A stretch of DNA of 61,759 nt, the filler included, from Choristocarpus tenellus KU-1152 (Eukaryota; Protista; Phaeophyceae), in NCBI GenBank assembly GCA_964200185.2. It is 11 parts of 11 records of this genome, joined end to end, with 100 filler letters (N's around TTAATTAATTAA, not from the genome) between each part and the next. Parts side by side here need not be neighbours in the genome. Positions count along the whole stretch, not along the records: positions 24,917 to 30,887 come from CAXNAD020009285.1; positions 30,988 to 35,374 come from CAXNAD020014792.1; positions 35,475 to 38,255 come from CAXNAD020024812.1; positions 38,356 to 49,267 come from CAXNAD020002633.1; 7 more parts are not named here. One strand, 5' to 3'. Shown here piece by piece: positions 24,986 to 38,414 of this stretch. Numbering within the stretch: position 1 is the first letter of the stretch; the number at the start of each line of letters is the position of its first letter. The notes beneath the pieces were generated by a model that was given only the letters and a program-made list of their open reading frames with translations, searched no databases and was not told the DNA's origin. The position numbers and the translations under genes are program-made.

Positions 24986-25982
24986 ACTATTTCGGAATAA
25001 AATAGGAAAACCAAGAATAAAATCGGAACATTTTTTCCAGAGCTTCAATTTGAGGCATACATCACCGGGAAAATATTTGCTTCGTGAAGAAACGGCAAAA
25101 CAAAAGTGAAGATTCATAACGTTGCAGACTTAGTGGGCAGAGGCAGTATGTATTACTCCGGAGTACTTGTGTCGCTTGGCACTGTGCGCACTCAACTCAA
25201 TTGAATAGACTGAACCATTCTGAGTGGATGAATGAAACGCTCATGAATTATTTCAATTCACCGCAACACTTGGAGTCAACAGAATACCCTTTGTCCTGCA
25301 ACGTTTCGGGGATGGATGTATGTATGTAGGGGGGCGGGTTTGGTTGGTGCTACGGTTATGGTTGTGAAAGAAGCTTAAGATGGCATGATGGATTTGACAT
25401 ACACTATCAGCTGTATACCGTCACAACAACATCCTAGCCCCCCAATACTGGATTGATGACAATCTACTATTTTTTCGTCAAAATCGGGAGCCCACGCGAT
25501 TTAGGGACATTGTTACGTCCCTCCTACACTCCCTACAACACTCCCTACAACACTCCCTACGACCCTACCCATTTGAGTATTATATGTTTATTTTGATCTT
25601 GATATCCCTTATAATTTTCATCCTTTTTGCTTTTTGTGCCACATTAGACTCAATTAAGAGTATTGGGGATGAGTGGGAGGATGAAGCAACTAGGGCATAG
25701 TCGTATGGAACTGCTATATGTTGTGTGCAGTGTGGTGTTTTGTGTGGCCCACTACTGGGCAGTGTTGCTCCAAGACTTGAGTTCTCTCGAATTAAACTGC
25801 ACATTGATGGGCAAAGTGGTGTAGTCCAACACTGGCTTAAACTCCAAGCGTTTTTTCAACTTGCTGGTGATATCTCAACTACCCCTACCGCAAACACACG
25901 TTTTTTTCTCATCTTCACAAATGATACTATTGAAAGCCTGAACAGATAACCATTGGAAAGGAAGGCATCTTGCTAAGCTCAC

Positions 25983-28900
25983 CTGATAAAGTGTACCAGG
26001 GGCCTCACTCTCTGGTGGCAATGCTTGATCAATGCGTGCATCCATGCACACAGAGAGCACCCAGTCTCGAACCTCCTCCCGCTCCGACTCCTTAGGAATG
26101 TGCTGTGTGGAAATTAGCAGAAGCATTATTGTTTTGTGAATCAGTCATGAGAAAATAGTGTTTTGCACCAATCTCGAATGGATTTCACAGCGGGCTACAT
26201 CTCATATGAAGTGCCAGGTTAACTACCACTAAAAAAAAGCAGGGGTCACTCTTGCGGCGTTGAAAGAGGTTGTTTTTGCTTGCTTCTCAAGAGTCTGATT
26301 GGAACATTGTCCTTAGTACTTGCATCACTCTTCTCGTGGACCCTCATAGGTTTGCCCCCAAGCTTTGCAAGTACTCCCAACACTGTGTTTTCTACTGGGA
26401 CCTTACCACCTGCACCCCCTAAAAGTGTGTTGTTATTATTCAATTGTAAATGCAAAAATACATGCGAATCTTTTCCATCCTGCTCAGCTTCTCTGCTCCA
26501 ATAATCCCCCAAAAGTGTCCACCACAGTTGTCTATGATTTCCTCGCCAACCACAACTGTTTTTACCTCACACGCTGGACCAAAGCCTGCATATTGAACGT
26601 TGTGGCTTACAAGGTGGAGACTTTGTGGGGACATTGAAGACTACCCCATGGGGACCTGTTTCAAAGTACTATGGTGTAGCTTACAGGACTTTTACACTCC
26701 TGTAGTGAGGATTTCATCCATCACAATTTCATTGGCTTTGGCAAGCACTGCATAAACACGTTCCATCCCTTCTACACTCATTTCAAATACCTGACCCCCC
26801 ACATCCCCATATACACACATGTTCAGAAGTGCCTAGATACTTCCATCCATTTAACGCAACTGCCAATGTACACTGTGTACCTGTTTCGTTGGCAGGGCAT
26901 CAATGTAGGGCACATTTGTTGCTTCTGCAAAGTCGGCATTGTCGAGGGCACCTGAGTCTCCCTCTTCAATTGCCTCAGTGAGATCCACATATCGGTTGAG
27001 GAGTACAAATGCCAAGTTCTCATTGCCCAGCTCCTTACACAGCATACCAGCCTGGTAAAGTGTAAGAATGACAAGACATGGTGTTGTGCGAAAAAAGGCC
27101 ACCCCGAGGGGTGGAGGAGGGGAAAGGGAAATGTTGGGATTGGATAGAGAGCTATATGGTGTGGAAGGAAGAGGGGTCGGCGTAGTTTGAGTTTGCCTAA
27201 GGCATTAAATTTAATCTATGTATCCGGTATTGCAGGTCTCTTGCTCCGAAGAAAGTGCTGGCCTCGCTGAGTGGCAATGATCCAAAGAGCATTTTGATGG
27301 ATGTATCAGTCTTGTTGTGATGCTTTGCTTTCTGGGATTCTTGACTGGAGATGGAGGAGATGAGGTGATGATTTGCTCAGTTTAGAGTTCTATGGATGGA
27401 CAGTCGGCCCTATGACAGGCAGTGAGTGTTGGTATTATGCTTGAGAGTGTGGGTTATCCTCCAGCAACATTTCAGCTGCACTAGATAAAGGTGTTAGGAT
27501 TAATGTTTAATTGTAACTTAGGTTTACACCGATATTTGGTATGATACTCTATATACACTAATCTTCAATACACAACAGTCTGTCAATGATTTGTTGATAG
27601 CAAGTCTCTCAATATTTGGATTTTTTTGTCTTGCTTGCACTCCAACAGCACGGTCAGGAGAAGCCAGTTGCATAAAATGTACATGAATATGAAAGGTGTA
27701 TCCAAAACAAGGATATCAACACATGCTGACAAACACCGTACCCAAAATTACATCAAAATTGCAATATTGGGTTTTGGACCCCAAATGGACACGTCCCTAC
27801 CCATTTAAATGCTTCGAATCAAACGATACCACAGCGTTGCGTATTTCTCCTGCATATCATATCACCACCAATTACTCCCCCTGCCCCACCCTCCCTTGGC
27901 CCCAAGACACATGATAAATTAAGTTTGGGCAGTAAACAGAGGGAAACAATAGAAAGAAAACATCAAAGTGTAGCACTATCAGTGAGAAATACACTTTTTT
28001 GATCACCTGGTAAAAACACTTGTCTGCAGGAATGATGTCAATGTAGCGAAGCAGAGTGATGGCTGCCTTGCAGGCCAACTCCAGGCAATCCTTGCCTGGC
28101 CCACCCCCCATTGCTACTATCTGGCACCGTCCCATCAACGCAGTATAGTGAGTAGCCATGAGGAGATTCTCCAACCTGTCTGGCATTGCCTTCTTTGAGG
28201 ACTGAGATGTACAGATAGAGGACCTTATCCGTCAGGGCAAGAACGAAGAAGGTGGCCTACAACGACAGAAGAAATATGATAGTGAACACTTACCTTAGAG
28301 CTATAGATGCAGTGCAGTGCACGCTTTATTATTGATAGCAAAAAAAAATATTAAATATTCGAGCGTATTTTGCCCTACAGACACAATCTAGGGAAGCAAA
28401 TGATTGGGTAAATAAATTTTGCTGGTGGGTTGGCCATCTGTTGGATTGCTGCTCTCACTGCAACCAATCTTCAGTAGAACAGTGGAAGGGAAGGCAACTA
28501 TTGTGAGTAAAATCTGAAGCACATCCATCTCTGGAGGGAGTTACACATGAAGTCAGGGATGAGATAGGATGGAAAGCCTCCTTTCTTCGTTTATTTTATT
28601 ATTATTGTTGACATTAATTGTAGTGTGCTTCATGTGTTAGGGGATAGGGCAAAGCTGAATGTTACCTGCAGTATAAAGTAATTCATTGCAAGGAATCACC
28701 CAGCGAGAGAGGTTTGAGAGTTATTTGTGTAGATGACAAGGATGGATTCATATCTGTTATGCCTTTGATGGGCAACACAGATGTGAGTGTGTTCCTAGCA
28801 TTGGTCTACGAATTTGTTGCACACACACACACACAAACAGAAACATGCGCACACAAGTATATGCTCCAGAGTACATGTGTTATATCTCCCTTCCCCTTTT

Positions 28901-30505
28901 CACATCGCCTCCAATGCCATCCACCCCCCTTTCACTCTTCATTAGGGTCATCACTCTCTGCCATACTGTTCACGTGGAGATTGGGTGCTACTAACAGAGG
29001 TGGGGGGCAATCTTACACAACAAACTCACTTTAAATCGTTGAGCCTCCGCATATAACACCTTGCGCAAGCAAGACACTGTATTCTGTGCTTGGGGAGACG
29101 CTGATGCTTCCTTATCCCTTCCTAACACTGCCTTCACAAGACTCTCGTAGAGGCTAGGTTCAGAGGGCCCTCCTCCCCCAGTACCTAAGATCGACCCGCG
29201 ACCTGATGGCATTGGGGGGGCACCCTTTCTCTCCAATATCAGCACTGCCTCGTCTAGCTCACACCTGTGAGCGTGGACCAAGCATGAGTTAGCATGTGTA
29301 CTCCGACCTGCTTGATCATCATGCCATTGGTTCAGTGCCCGATTATCAGAGAGGCCTAGAACATTACTGTAGGTGTCAGATAATCACACCTCCATTTTTT
29401 CTAATCTGCTATGCAAGGCGCAGCATGTAGTTGTAGTAGTATAGTTGGGAGGCTTTCAATCTGTCGGAGAGAGAGGGATAAAAAGAAAAAAAATGGAGCA
29501 GTTGTGGCAGCACCAATGAATTTTATTGCAAGACAAGAAGAGACCTGTGGGGGGGGGTTCTACATTTTCAGAGGAGAAAAAGGACAAGAAGGGTCTGCAC
29601 AGATGCATACTATCAACCCAAACACATATGCAGAGAACAGGAGTGTAAAATCTGTAGACGATATGGAATGACACTTGCCCGCATAGGCATACCTCGAGGT
29701 AATATGTCAAAAGCAATGCTGCACCTGTCTGTGCCTGTGTATTGGTAAGGGTGTGCGTAATGCACAAACATCACTGACAAAAAAATGTGTGGGTTTAGTC
29801 GTTTGGAAACAACCATGGTAGCACACAAGAAACCCGTCGACACGCAAGCAGCCAAGGATATCACTCACACGTTGTCTTTGCCAGAAACGAGACACTCCCA
29901 ATCCCCCTTCTCCAAGATTCCTTGGGCCTGAGTCCCAGCATACTTTGCCAGTACAGCAGGCTCCAGGTTTTGCTTCTCAGCTACTTCCCACAGCCTGTCC
30001 CAGTCTCCCCTGGATCAGAAGTGGGTGATACATACCACAGTTTAGTAAGAGTACATATGATTGCGTGGAGAAGAGCCTACCACAGATAGGAGTAAGGAAG
30101 GGTGTGCGGATGTAGTAAGAACAAGGTGCTTGTCCCCTCAAAAAAGCTGCTGCCAATCCTATTGAACTCTTCCCCTCCAATTCTTGCACGGTAGGAAAAT
30201 ACACTCACCCCTCAACCTATCACTGGCATCATGGGCATCGATCTAAAACCGTTATCCCCTCCTCACTGCGGTTCTGATTCTCAACCCAAATAGAAAGAGA
30301 AGAACCACCACAATAATTTTTCCCTGCCACCGAGAGTTCTGACTGTAACCTGCAACTCCTCTCTTTCAATACAAATAGAGCATGTTCAATATATTGTCCA
30401 TCAAGTACAAACTCAACTAAAACCCTGCACCCCATTTCGACCCTTTCAACAGAGGCAAAACAACTCTTGAGTGATAAAAGGGAATAGTGTTCTCCCTACG
30501 AAGTA

Positions 30506-30545
<40 letters not shown>

Positions 30546-30801
30546 AGTTGAATTTTTCTTAAATAATGCAATAGTGCTCCGAAATTCGATGACAAAAAAA
30601 TGTCCACTTGAATAACACCCACCCAACTTCAGACTCAGTACTAACTCAATCCCACACCCTTTGTCCTCTTTTCCCCAAGGCCTTTGTTCTCGTTCCCCAC
30701 CTCTGAGCAAGGATGGAGAGCGCAGCATTGGTCTGCCCCATTTCCATCAGCTCTTCTGTGGCACCCCCCTTCATCAAGTGTCGTTGGTACTCATTCTCCA
30801 C
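25983..30801 (-). CDS. IFT172: Intraflagellar transport protein 172, C-terminal portion; exons 30801-30701, 30009-29869, 29264-29030, 28201-28007, 27051-26881, 26102-25983 (partial at both ends)
   Basis: AALSILAQRGDWDRLWE, LLMATHY, KAAITLLRYIDIIPADKCFYQAGMLCK, NLAFVLLNRYVDLTEAIEEG...LDNADF..T.VP and EREEVRDWVLSVCMD are characteristic of the IFT172 C-terminus. GT-AG introns are in phase. Confidence 0.93.
27690..27825 (-). mobile_element. Partial MITE family A copy in an IFT172 intron
   Basis: AAAATTACATCAAAATTGCAATATTGGGTTTTGGACCCCAAATGGAC matches the reverse complement of the family A left arm. Confidence 0.7.
30507..30538. repeat. (AC)n microsatellite
   Basis: Seen directly. Confidence 0.95.
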
Positions 30802-31328
30802 CTTCATGTACGCCGTCGGAAAAGGGGGCAGGGGGGGATCGAGGTTTTTCTAAGCACGAACAAAGCTGCTCAGTTATCCTCTTTGCANNNNNNNNNNNNN
30901 NNNNNNNNNNNNNNNNNNNNNNNNNNNNNNNTTAATTAATTAANNNNNNNNNNNNNNNNNNNNNNNNNNNNNNNNNNNNNNNNNNNNGGTATGGCGCAAG
31001 GGGTGGGGGGGTGGGGAGTCGCATATTGCAAGTATTGGGGCCGTGAGGACCAAGTTGCAAAAAGGGATTGTGATATGTAAGACCAAGACACAACCCGAGA
31101 ACCCGTCAAGACCCACCTACATTTGCAGTCCCAAGTCCGGGAGTCTCGTTATCATTTTCTGTGTTGATTTCCTGGTTTATCGTGTGCGACAACTCTTTGA
31201 CTGGCCGGGTGGGTGGGGGAACCATTTTTCATCTATCCAAACAGCACTCGGTAGTCACGACATACAGAGCCAAAACTGGTGTGAATAAGCCCAGAAGACA
31301 TTTTTCGTTGATGATACACAAAACACAC

Positions 31329-32075
31329 CCATTAGATAGAAGGATTTTTATCATGTCTGTCTTGCACGCCCAGCAAGCCAAGTGTAGTGGCATCCTGTTG
31401 CGGGGAAAAAAGTGGAGTTGGTGCGAAAGGAATACTGGTTGGGGTCTTGAAGGGTCAGCCACTTTATGTATGTTGAGTGCGTAAGGTGCTTGACTTGGTA
31501 CGTATATCTGAATGCAGATGCAGCGGAATATGGTCTTGAGGTACTTGGAACAACGTTTACCACAAACTCTGTCGTCACTGGAGAACTGAACTACACATAC
31601 AATCGTCTTTAAACTGGTGATGCGACCACAGTGCACACCCTCGCATCAACAAAAACCATTCTGAACTTGCAGCTGCATGTTACAGCATGTTTGGCATTTC
31701 CTACTGGATCCTACATTTTATACACAGGACCTGTATCCATCCATTATATCACCACCTTTCACGGCCGCAGATCCATCTTTGCCTCTCTTCCCCTCAATGA
31801 ACGACGAACAAGTCTTCAACCAATTACCAACCACAGCCACCACAAAGTACCATGCAATGAGAAACGTACAAAATGCAAACATTTGTCAACAGGTATTATG
31901 GAGGTAAGTATAGCAATGAACTCATCATACAACAGGTATCGCTACTACGATCTGCTTGCCTTTGTAAATTGTCCATCTTGTTTACAGACACCAAGGCGTG
32001 AGACTTGGTAGCACCGAGAAAAAATGCCTCTGCAGACTTCGTGTCACCCTCTCTTGCCATGCTATGCAACGACAT
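31329..32075 (-). CDS. Ankyrin-repeat protein, first two exons (32075-31960, 31394-31329), partial
   Basis: MSLHSMAREGDTKSAEAFF...VNKMDNLQR|MPLHLACWACKTDMIKILLSNG gives two ankyrin repeats in register when a GC-AG intron (31959-31395) is used. Confidence 0.75.
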
Positions 32076-32412
32076 CGTCTCACATCCAGTCGCATCAAGT
32101 TCGAACTGGTTTGCCGAAACCTCACTGCAAATGCCACGCGGCGACCTTGAGAGATACTTGATCCCCCAATTTCTCCTCTGTTTGCGCGCGGCGCGCCTCC
32201 GGAAATTGAGATTGAGTTCTTCTTTGGTTCTTTTTTTCCCCAACTCAACAAATAGAAAAAACAAAATGAACGACAGGTATATTCAACATCACACAGTATC
32301 TCCTACAAGGGCGTCCTTGATGGTAGTGAACGGTGTGAATGAGATAGGAGGAGATGCTGATACCCTACCGTGCGAGTCGGATCTATTGCATATAATGTAC
32401 TTCGGGCTTCAG

Positions 32413-32801
32413 GAGAGAAGGCGAGACGGAAAGCAGGGTTTCGAAAAAGTTGGGTATGTTGTCTATTGAACCAGTTGAGACGAGGATCAAATGACAAGGA
32501 GGCATACATGGTGTCACACTGGCAGTAAGAAGTCGTTTGACGGTCGAGAAAATCTGGAGGTGGAAGACATCAACTGGCTGCTGAAGGTTCGGATTCTCCT
32601 ACCAGGCGTATCCAATGTAGTCATGCCGTTCTTGTACGCTACGCCACAACAGTTTACAGAGATGGCCGATAAAGCGAAGAAGAAAGGAGCGGAGAAGAAC
32701 AACTTCTGCACGGTCCAGCGCAAAACGATGGAGTCCGCCTCCTCTATAGATGTACTCTCCATCCTTCTGGATGAAGAAAACATCAGCAATGAAGATAAAG
32801 G
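32413..32801 (+). CDS. Probable 5' exons of an unidentified gene divergent from the ankyrin gene
   Basis: AG/GT-bounded segments join in frame: ERRRDGKQGFEKVG|KKSFDGRENLE|FTEMADKAKKKGAEKNNFCTVQRKTMESASSIDVLSILLDEENISNEDK. CpG-rich; start codon not resolved. Confidence 0.4.
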
Positions 32802-33907
32802 TGAAGGGGGGGGAGATAGGGACACCTTAGAACTTAGACCCTACGGCTTTCCTAATGCAGCCTGGGTGCCAGGGGGCAAACTTGTACACGGAAACCCAGT
32901 CCAACAAGGAAGAAAAGTGAGATCACCAGGACCCTCCAGATAACAGGTCCTCGCCCTGCAAAGTCTGGTTTGACTTCCTCCTGTATTCACACCACAGGGG
33001 TGCAATTGTCCTCCAAAATCAAGGTACAACTAGTCCAATCCTCCAATAGAACAGGAAAATCCAAACCCAGCTAAAAAACACAAGAATTGAGGCAAATTAT
33101 GACCGGTGTTCACTCCCATAACAGCTGCTACATCTACAACCTACCTCGCTTTCGCCCACTCTTCTTGGCTGCCCGACTACTACTAATATTATTGTAGTTC
33201 CCCCTTTAATATTCTGACGAACCTCTCTTGGACGAGTTATCAGGTGCAAGCGTGAGCTAACAAAGACTGCACCGCCTCCAGCCTTACCTAATTACCTATC
33301 CCACTTTGGGGATTATTCACACAAAAAATAATTTAGAATATTCATAAACAATGTAGATATACACTTCCAATCATTTCCAATATCACTAAAATATATACTA
33401 ATGAATACCTTGAAACAATAGTATATATCATTGATCGACTGGACCCTATTCATTGCGCAGAAAATAATTAGATACAAAGGGCTTTACTGTGTGACCAGAC
33501 GTCTACAAGGAGACCACTCTACACCACCAAGCAACCCTTGAGTGCTGATCTTTCCTAATCAATTATGCTTCGCGCCACTCTAAATCCAGTATATGGACTC
33601 AACAGTTTTCATCCCTCACCTGATACACACACGTTTGGACGTTGAGACATGGTTCCACCAGTCCTTCCTAATGTCTGAGATGAGACCAGACCAGTAAGAC
33701 ACAGGAAATTCCACGACCTTACGATATGCATACTTACATTCCCAACACCTTCGCAATGGCAAAGTTTGGGCAACTTGGTAAGAAAGCACAGAGTTCCTAT
33801 ATGAGTTGGACACTGATGACAGTAGCGAAAGGTGGCAGACTGTACTGTTACACAAGAAGTACATTTGCCACAGGTCAATAATCCTTCACAGCCTCAGCCT
33901 CTCAGCA

Positions 33908-34157
33908 GAATTATGAACTGGTCGACAATATATATCCTTCTCCATTAACAGAGATGATGATGTTCTTGCCCCTATGATTCCTCCTCCCCAACACTTGACA
34001 TTATTCATGATTCATAGCACAGGGTATTCGATGAATTATGAACTGGTCGACAATATATATCCTTCTCCATTAACAGAGATGATGATGTTCTTGCCCCTAT
34101 GATTCCTCCTCCCCAACACTTGCCATTATTCATGATTCATAGCACAGGGTATTCGAT
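33908..34157. repeat. Near-perfect tandem duplication, 2 x 125 bp
   Basis: GAATTATGAACTGGTCGAC...CAGGGTATTCGAT repeated with a single visible mismatch. Confidence 0.95.
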
Positions 34158-34647
34158 GAGTTAGAATAGATTATAAAACCATGTGGTTATCTGCCCCCCA
34201 TTGAAATTTATCTTGCTTGCACCTATGGGTCTTCATGCCTGATCAGTTCTTGTTGCACTAAGTGTTCATTAAAAGCAGGCTAATTCAATTCATAATAGGA
34301 ACAAATAACATTGCTACTAACTGTACCATATTGTAGTACGTGCCAATAACTTATCACTGTTTCTTGACCTTGCTTACGTGGTGATACATTATGGATCTCC
34401 TCCCCATCAATCCAATCAGAGATACCCTACAACATCTGCCTCAGACATGTTCAACCCTGTATTTTCTGTGAACAGGTTGGCATAGTTCCAAGAGCTAAGG
34501 ATCAAGCGAGTTCCGCCATACACATCTAGACCCTAGACTTGCACGGACCATCTTCTTCCTCAGTGTCTTACTTAAGTGAAAATGAGCGATTAAAGTTTCA
34601 AAAAAATAGTTCCAGTAAGAGGTTGCCCAGTATGCACGGTTGCTTCA

Positions 34648-34826
34648 GACTCAAAGTATCTGGGGGGGGTGGCAGCTGTCCATTTGGAGTCGACTTTTTA
34701 ATGTCGCAACTCTTGGGTGATTTGGCTTCATACGTAGGATGGATAATCTAAATGCATTTTTTCTGATTTTGGTCCAAATGGACACCCTGGTATAGACCCC
34801 CCCCCCGCCGCCAGATACTTTGGGTC
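34648..34826 (+). mobile_element. MITE family B2, full length (179 bp), TSD TTCA
   Basis: GACTCAAAGTATCTGGGGG ... CCAGATACTTTGGGTC flanked by TTCA on both sides; reverse-complement copy at 61579-61759. Confidence 0.9.
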
Positions 34827-34863
34827 TTCAGTATCAGGAAAGGAGTAAAGCTTTTGTCACATA

Positions 34864-35122
34864 GAGTCAAAGTATCTTAGAGGGTAGGGCCACGTCCATT
34901 CGGGGGCCGAAATCCAATGTTGCGATTTCCATGTAATTTTATCCGTCGTATTTGTTAGGAAGTGTCAGTATCCTTGTTCCGGACACACCATTTCATAACA
35001 TACACATATTACCTACTCCGAAACATTTCGGAGTAGGAAAAATATCACAAAAACCCCATGGGAAGCCAAGCCCCAAATGGACAAACAGGGCAAAACTCGT
35101 ACCCTCTAAGATACTTTCACTC
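34864..35122 (+). mobile_element. MITE family A, full length
   Basis: GAGTCAAAGTATCTTAGAGGGTA ... TACCCTCTAAGATACTTTCACTC; ATA(G) duplicated at the flanks. Confidence 0.92.
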
Positions 35123-36539
35123 ATAGCACTTTGGACATGGTACCAAAAAGGGACAAAATGTCAGATGTTACGTTAATACGTTAATGAATTTGGACCACAC
35201 TATGCCCATTCATTTTCTAAAATCTCTCAACACAGCCAAGGGTGGTCACACAAGTTATAGAGACCACATAATAAGAAAATGAAAAGAGCTATTGTATGCA
35301 CAAGTAAGCTATTCGAGTACACTATAGGCTATCGTCATGAACTCGACCACCATTGGCTCAAAGTATCTGGGAGGNNNNNNNNNNNNNNNNNNNNNNNNNN
35401 NNNNNNNNNNNNNNNNNNTTAATTAATTAANNNNNNNNNNNNNNNNNNNNNNNNNNNNNNNNNNNNNNNNNNNNTGTTTTTTGTTTGTTTTTTTTTTTTT
35501 TTAAGGTTTTGTTTTTGTGCTCGTGTAGTTTGGTGGGTTTTGGTTGGGGGGGGGGGGGGGGCATGGTACAAAGGGTAAGGTTTTAATCGATAGAACTGAC
35601 CTACTTGTCATCTTGAGCTAACCGGACTTTTTTTTTCCTTGCAACCTTTACTACACCATTGGATGTTCTCACTACTACTATTTTGATTTTCATCACTGCC
35701 ATGTGGCCTATCCGTTTGTTAGTGGAAAGACACGATGAGATTAAAGGTTTACAAACTCCATCTTCTGGGGAAAAGTATTTTTTTGCAACTAAAGGTAGTG
35801 AGCATCTTGTTTGTGTTTGTGTGTATGTGTTTGTGTGTCATGCGTTGTGCATTCACCCTGTAACCTCAACTACTTGAATGCTATAGAATCTTATTTTTAT
35901 TGCTGTTGTGACTCCAAATGTGCTCACTGAAAAATGCGCAGCAGTAGTTGAAACTGGATATAGTTGGTCGTTTGAAGGCTGTTGCGGGTATAGAATTTGA
36001 TAGATCTCTGAAATAAATATCGTGACTGAGAAAGAAATTGCTGCAATAGCTCTTTTCCTTCCCTTCCCTTCCCTTTCCTGCTTGGCTTTTAAGCTCTTTA
36101 TAGTAAATCGAAAACGTGAGTTCTGTGCTCCCTAGTACTGTGAACCTTCATGCCCAGTGTGGGATATCCAACACCATGTTTTTCTGATCTTGTATGGATA
36201 TACACCTATCAACTCTTTCAATAGGAAAGATGACTAACCCTAAGTTCCAACTATTTTACTGTGTGCAGCTAGATGTTGTCTGTAATATGTACATGTACAT
36301 ATATTGTGGACATTTATGTGCTGATTATGGCAGGGTTTGCCTTCTTGATGCCCCACTTCTGAGGACATTCAGAAACCAATCGATCCATGCTGCTAATTCT
36401 ATGTTTCTCCACCATGAGCACCTATAAATGAATATACAGTGTTAGTATTAATAGAGACCAGTCGAGTATTACATCTTACCTGTATGTGTTTGTTATCTCT
36501 CTCTCTCTCTCTCTCTTTGTTATTTTCTTTTTTGATGTC

Positions 36540-36960
36540 ATTGTGGAACAAGATCATCAAGGTGTATGACAAGATCGACTCTCTTTCATTGGTGGACACA
36601 ATCAAGGATGACCTCAACCGGGGTACATAGGCTTTGGTATGGCCATTGGTTGGTTGCATGCTGTGTCTTACTGGTTGGTTTGTTGTTGGGGTTTTTCATT
36701 CAATTGACTAGTGGCATTCTAATGAGTGGAAAGACAGGAAAGTATTTGTGGAGTATCCCTGTCGTTGCAACCAGAAAGTCTTGTGACCAGTGGTGGCAAC
36801 AATCAACTGTAGCACTTCCCAGTCGTACCTCAGGCAAGATGTGAATGACCAGAACATGCCTCCTTGTCATAACTAGTTATAGATCTAAGAGAGCTTATTG
36901 TGCCTACATACGTAGAGTGTAGTTGTTCTCAAGACTTGAATAGGATGGAATACTCATACA
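36540..36960 (+). mobile_element. Possible decayed hAT transposase C-terminal dimerisation region
   Basis: DQWWQQSTVALPS...CLLVITSYRSKRAY loosely resembles WWxxxxxxLP...SSAxSERxFS. Very degenerate. Confidence 0.25.
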
Positions 36961-37219
36961 GGATGTTTGTAAGCGCCTTTCAAGATGTTGTGGAAACCTT
37001 TTTCAAAGGCGTTTTTCACACATGCCGATATCTGGAAGGTGCGCAACGAGAATGTGCACTCTCTCTTACTGATCACAAGAGGACTACACATAATTGCATA
37101 CAAAGTACAAAGTAAGTACCTGTGAGTCATAGAAGCAGGAGAAAAATCTTATTTATTGAGTTCATCAAGGCATGTACGTGAACTATGACAGTGTAGTAGG
37201 CAACATCTTATTTATAGAT

Positions 37220-37275
37220 ACCTAGCCAATGATAGTGGCTTATGAAAACCTAGCCAATGATAGTGGCTTATGAAA
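37220..37275. repeat. Tandem duplication 2 x 28 bp (ACCTAGCCAATGATAGTGGCTTATGAAA)
   Basis: Seen directly. Confidence 0.9.
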
Positions 37276-38355
37276 AGTCTTGTCATTGTACGCATAGAAC
37301 ATATTTATTTGGACTAGAGTCTGGGAACTGCAAGGTACATGTTGTTTGGAACAATTGCATGCAATAGGGAGAACAATGAAGAAGTAATACAACACATACA
37401 TGAGCTGCAGGGCACAGTATGAAATATATTTCTGGAATGGTATCGGTCTTTCTATTACCTCTGTTCCCCTGTAGATGTTTGGGTATCAATGTTATTGTTG
37501 ATGAAGATGAAGGAAGTTCTTGTTGCATGGGCATTTGTGTAGGTTGGAGGGCGAACCATGCCACAACTGAAAGAAGGTGCAGATGTTTGCTTTGATCATG
37601 TTTGCCACAGATGAATTGCCACAACCTACTCATCACTTAGTTGTTGAGGAACTTCTTATTTGCAGAACCCTGGGTGCTATGAATATTTGTATGAATGTGA
37701 TCATTGCAAATACTTATCGGATCAAGGAACCAACCTCGATTAGACACTGCAGTAAGTGTGAAGAAGAGAGCATTTACTAGAAGACCATCAAAAAAATTTC
37801 GTGGCTAGTTTTATCACCCGCATACACATATACTTACCTTCGCTGAAAAAGGCATCCGTCCATGTTGAATGTTCTATTTTTAGCTACTAATACTACTGAC
37901 AAATTTCCAGGGTAGAAAACATGAACATGTGGAGAGGGGAAATGTCCAAGAATAATACCTTAGGGTGAGGGAGATACCCGAAAGAAAAGAAATGACTATA
38001 ATCTGGAATAGGCGCAAGATTCTGGATGGCCACATGTACTTGGAGGTAGAAACCTCTACACTGCATTATCCCCTAATGGAACACTTCGTATAACACTTCC
38101 TTCCATTTGAGAATTTTACAGCGGATGTTGCCCATGGTCATATACATTACAGCTCATGGTCTACTCTAGAGAAGCATACTGTGCAAATACTTGAACTACA
38201 CTCTGAGTCTCATCCCTGCCCAAGGGATGCTTACGAGGGCTCAAAGTATCTAGGGNNNNNNNNNNNNNNNNNNNNNNNNNNNNNNNNNNNNNNNNNNNNT
38301 TAATTAATTAANNNNNNNNNNNNNNNNNNNNNNNNNNNNNNNNNNNNNNNNNNNN

Positions 38356-38414
38356 TGTTTGACCGAAACGGACGCCCCCTCACAAACCCGCACCCCCCCC
38401 AGATACTTTGACCC
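38356..38414. mobile_element. End of MITE family B1 at contig start
   Basis: Reverse complement of the left arm of 20207-20386, ending AGATACTTTGACCC. Confidence 0.8.
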
